A DNA stretch of 64,000 nt from Ostrea edulis (lineage: Eukaryota): contig NC_079168.1 in NCBI RefSeq assembly GCF_947568905.1, forward strand, positions 18,166,001 through 18,230,000, given 5' to 3'. A model generated the notes under the pieces. It was not told the origin of the DNA. It worked only from the letters and a program-made list of their open reading frames with translations, and did not search any database. A program made the translations under genes and the position numbers. Positions within the stretch are counted from its first letter, which is position 1. Each line of letters starts with the position of its first letter. Shown here one piece after another: positions 62,701 through 64,000 of the stretch.

Positions 62701-64000
62701 TAATATATAGCATTCATCCCCTAATTTCAATTCAATTCAATTACTCATCGTTAACGGAGAGTATGCAATGATCAATCGTTCCGACCACTGTTGCTACATA
62801 CTCAATGGGGCGAAACCACTTAGGACGAATCCACTTGGGGCGTACAGGTAAAGGTGCGAATCCACTAGGTGCGAATATGTAATTGGGACGAAACCACCCG
62901 TCACCTTTACGAACCACGTTTTCTCTAAACTTGTTTCCGGTAGAATAAATTACGACGGATATCGAGCTCGATCGGAAATTACGCAGATTTGAAGAAACCG
63001 ATCCCGATATAATAATGAATGCGAAAGAAAACCGAACACGACCTAAAATAATAAACTGCCTGAAAAATAAACAAATTTATCAATAGGTATTAAAGGGAAA
63101 ATGTATATGTGTATTGTTTATGAACTGTATGCAATATGTTGATATCAAACAACTCAAAACAACGCAACGAATTCACAGAATCACAGCCCAATTATAACAC
63201 TGAGAAGAAGACCAAACCAATCTACCCAAACAACATAGATATCTCTAGTTGACCAGAGTATTGACTATAATATAGAATAGTTTGTCAAGTCTGTTCAATG
63301 TCAACGTCAAAAGGAGAGAGAATTAGTAATTGTAGATTAACTCAAATACTATTGGGTAATATATGAACGAGGGCTAAATGTGCGCTATTATATATCACTT
63401 ACCACCCATGGCTCAAACTCTCTGTCACACCTATACGCTTACATACTATCTAACCCAAATAATAATATGCATACCAAAAATTGACCGCTAAGTAATGACA
63501 GACGGACGTTGATCAACAATATGACTTCCAAGAAAAAAAATATGTACAGTATATAATATATTTACAAATAATGGATTGTCAAAACTTAGTACTATTACAA
63601 CCTCCCCCCAGTTACAGAATGACGTCCGCATCATTCACCTGGACAGTTGTAAATCAATATGATCCTCAGGTTCAGTAAAAGGATGTAAAAACTGACAAAT
63701 AGCATCACTGACGGAAAGTGTCTCTGCATATGGCTGTCCGATCTGGCAAATAGCTTTAATCGAGTCACCAGAAATTTCCTCAGCATATGTTTCATGATCC
63801 AATCGTGATAAACCATCTGCGTCAGCATTGGATTTCCCTGGTCGATACACTATGTTGAAGTTATAGGATGCAAGAGCCGAAATCCATCGGTGACCAGTGG
63901 CATCCAACTTTGCTGTGCTGAGCGCATACGTCAAAGGATTATTGTCTGTGAATACAGTAAAGGGTTTACCCTGTAAATAATCCGAAAACTTTTCAGTTAT
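59781..64000 (-). mobile_element. Rearranged Gypsy/Ty3 LTR retrotransposon array: RNase H fragment (to 63655), PPT+LTR (63599 onward), PNMA-like gag from 61822 fused to the integrase C-terminus, PPT+LTR (60326-59781)
   Basis: RNase H end TDNNPLTYALSTAKLDATGHRWISALASYNFNIVYRPGKSNADADGLSR. Gag PRISTFSGD..YELWKYEVECL. IN C-term LKVGDRVLV..KWEGNPY..HRNLLLP. PPT GGGGGGAGGT precedes TGTAATAG at two sites. Confidence 0.9.
62572..62905. repeat. ~159-bp duplicated unit plus GGGGCGAA(A/T)CCAC short repeats, probably an element nested in the Gypsy leader
   Basis: 62572-62642 resembles 62731-62801. Motif repeats at 62806-62905. Confidence 0.55.

Noticed and set aside
63175-63195. tRNA-His primer-binding site after the middle LTR
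   Set aside because: Only a partial match (TGG-GCTGTGA) and the LTR end is non-canonical, so it is not listed as a feature.

Overview
AT-rich animal genomic DNA. The repeat families (Penelope-like RT fragments, tRNA-derived SINEs with (CAAT)n tails, HINE/pearl-like elements) suggest an ostreid oyster or other bivalve; this is inference. Host genes reconstructed from splice signals and reading frame: (1) two tandem, highly diverged minus-strand 3-exon paralogs (563-3133, 718 aa; 6492-8999, 687 aa). Each joins a ~410 aa largely helical N-terminal region, possibly a degenerate dynamin-like pseudo-GTPase, to a signal-less trypsin-fold protease with an intact His/Asp/Ser triad. Relics of possible further copies lie at 10.2-12.6 kb. 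(2) An intronless class A GPCR (26645-27781). (3) Two paralogous tiny type-I membrane proteins with a signal peptide, ~30 aa 3-Cys ectodomain, Gly-rich TM and Tyr/PPxY tails (29752-30558; 37844-41683). (4) A TSP1-repeat gene with a His-rich first module and a recent exon duplication (47803-59724, probably continuing). The rest is a dense TE landscape: a decayed L2/CR1-group LINE with three nested insertions, Penelope-like fragments, SINEs, three ~1 kb foldback elements, a near-complete Tc1 and a rearranged Gypsy LTR array at the right edge. The best candidates for an undescribed system are the helical/pseudo-GTPase-protease pair and the mini membrane-adaptor pair. All gene models are manual and lack transcript evidence.
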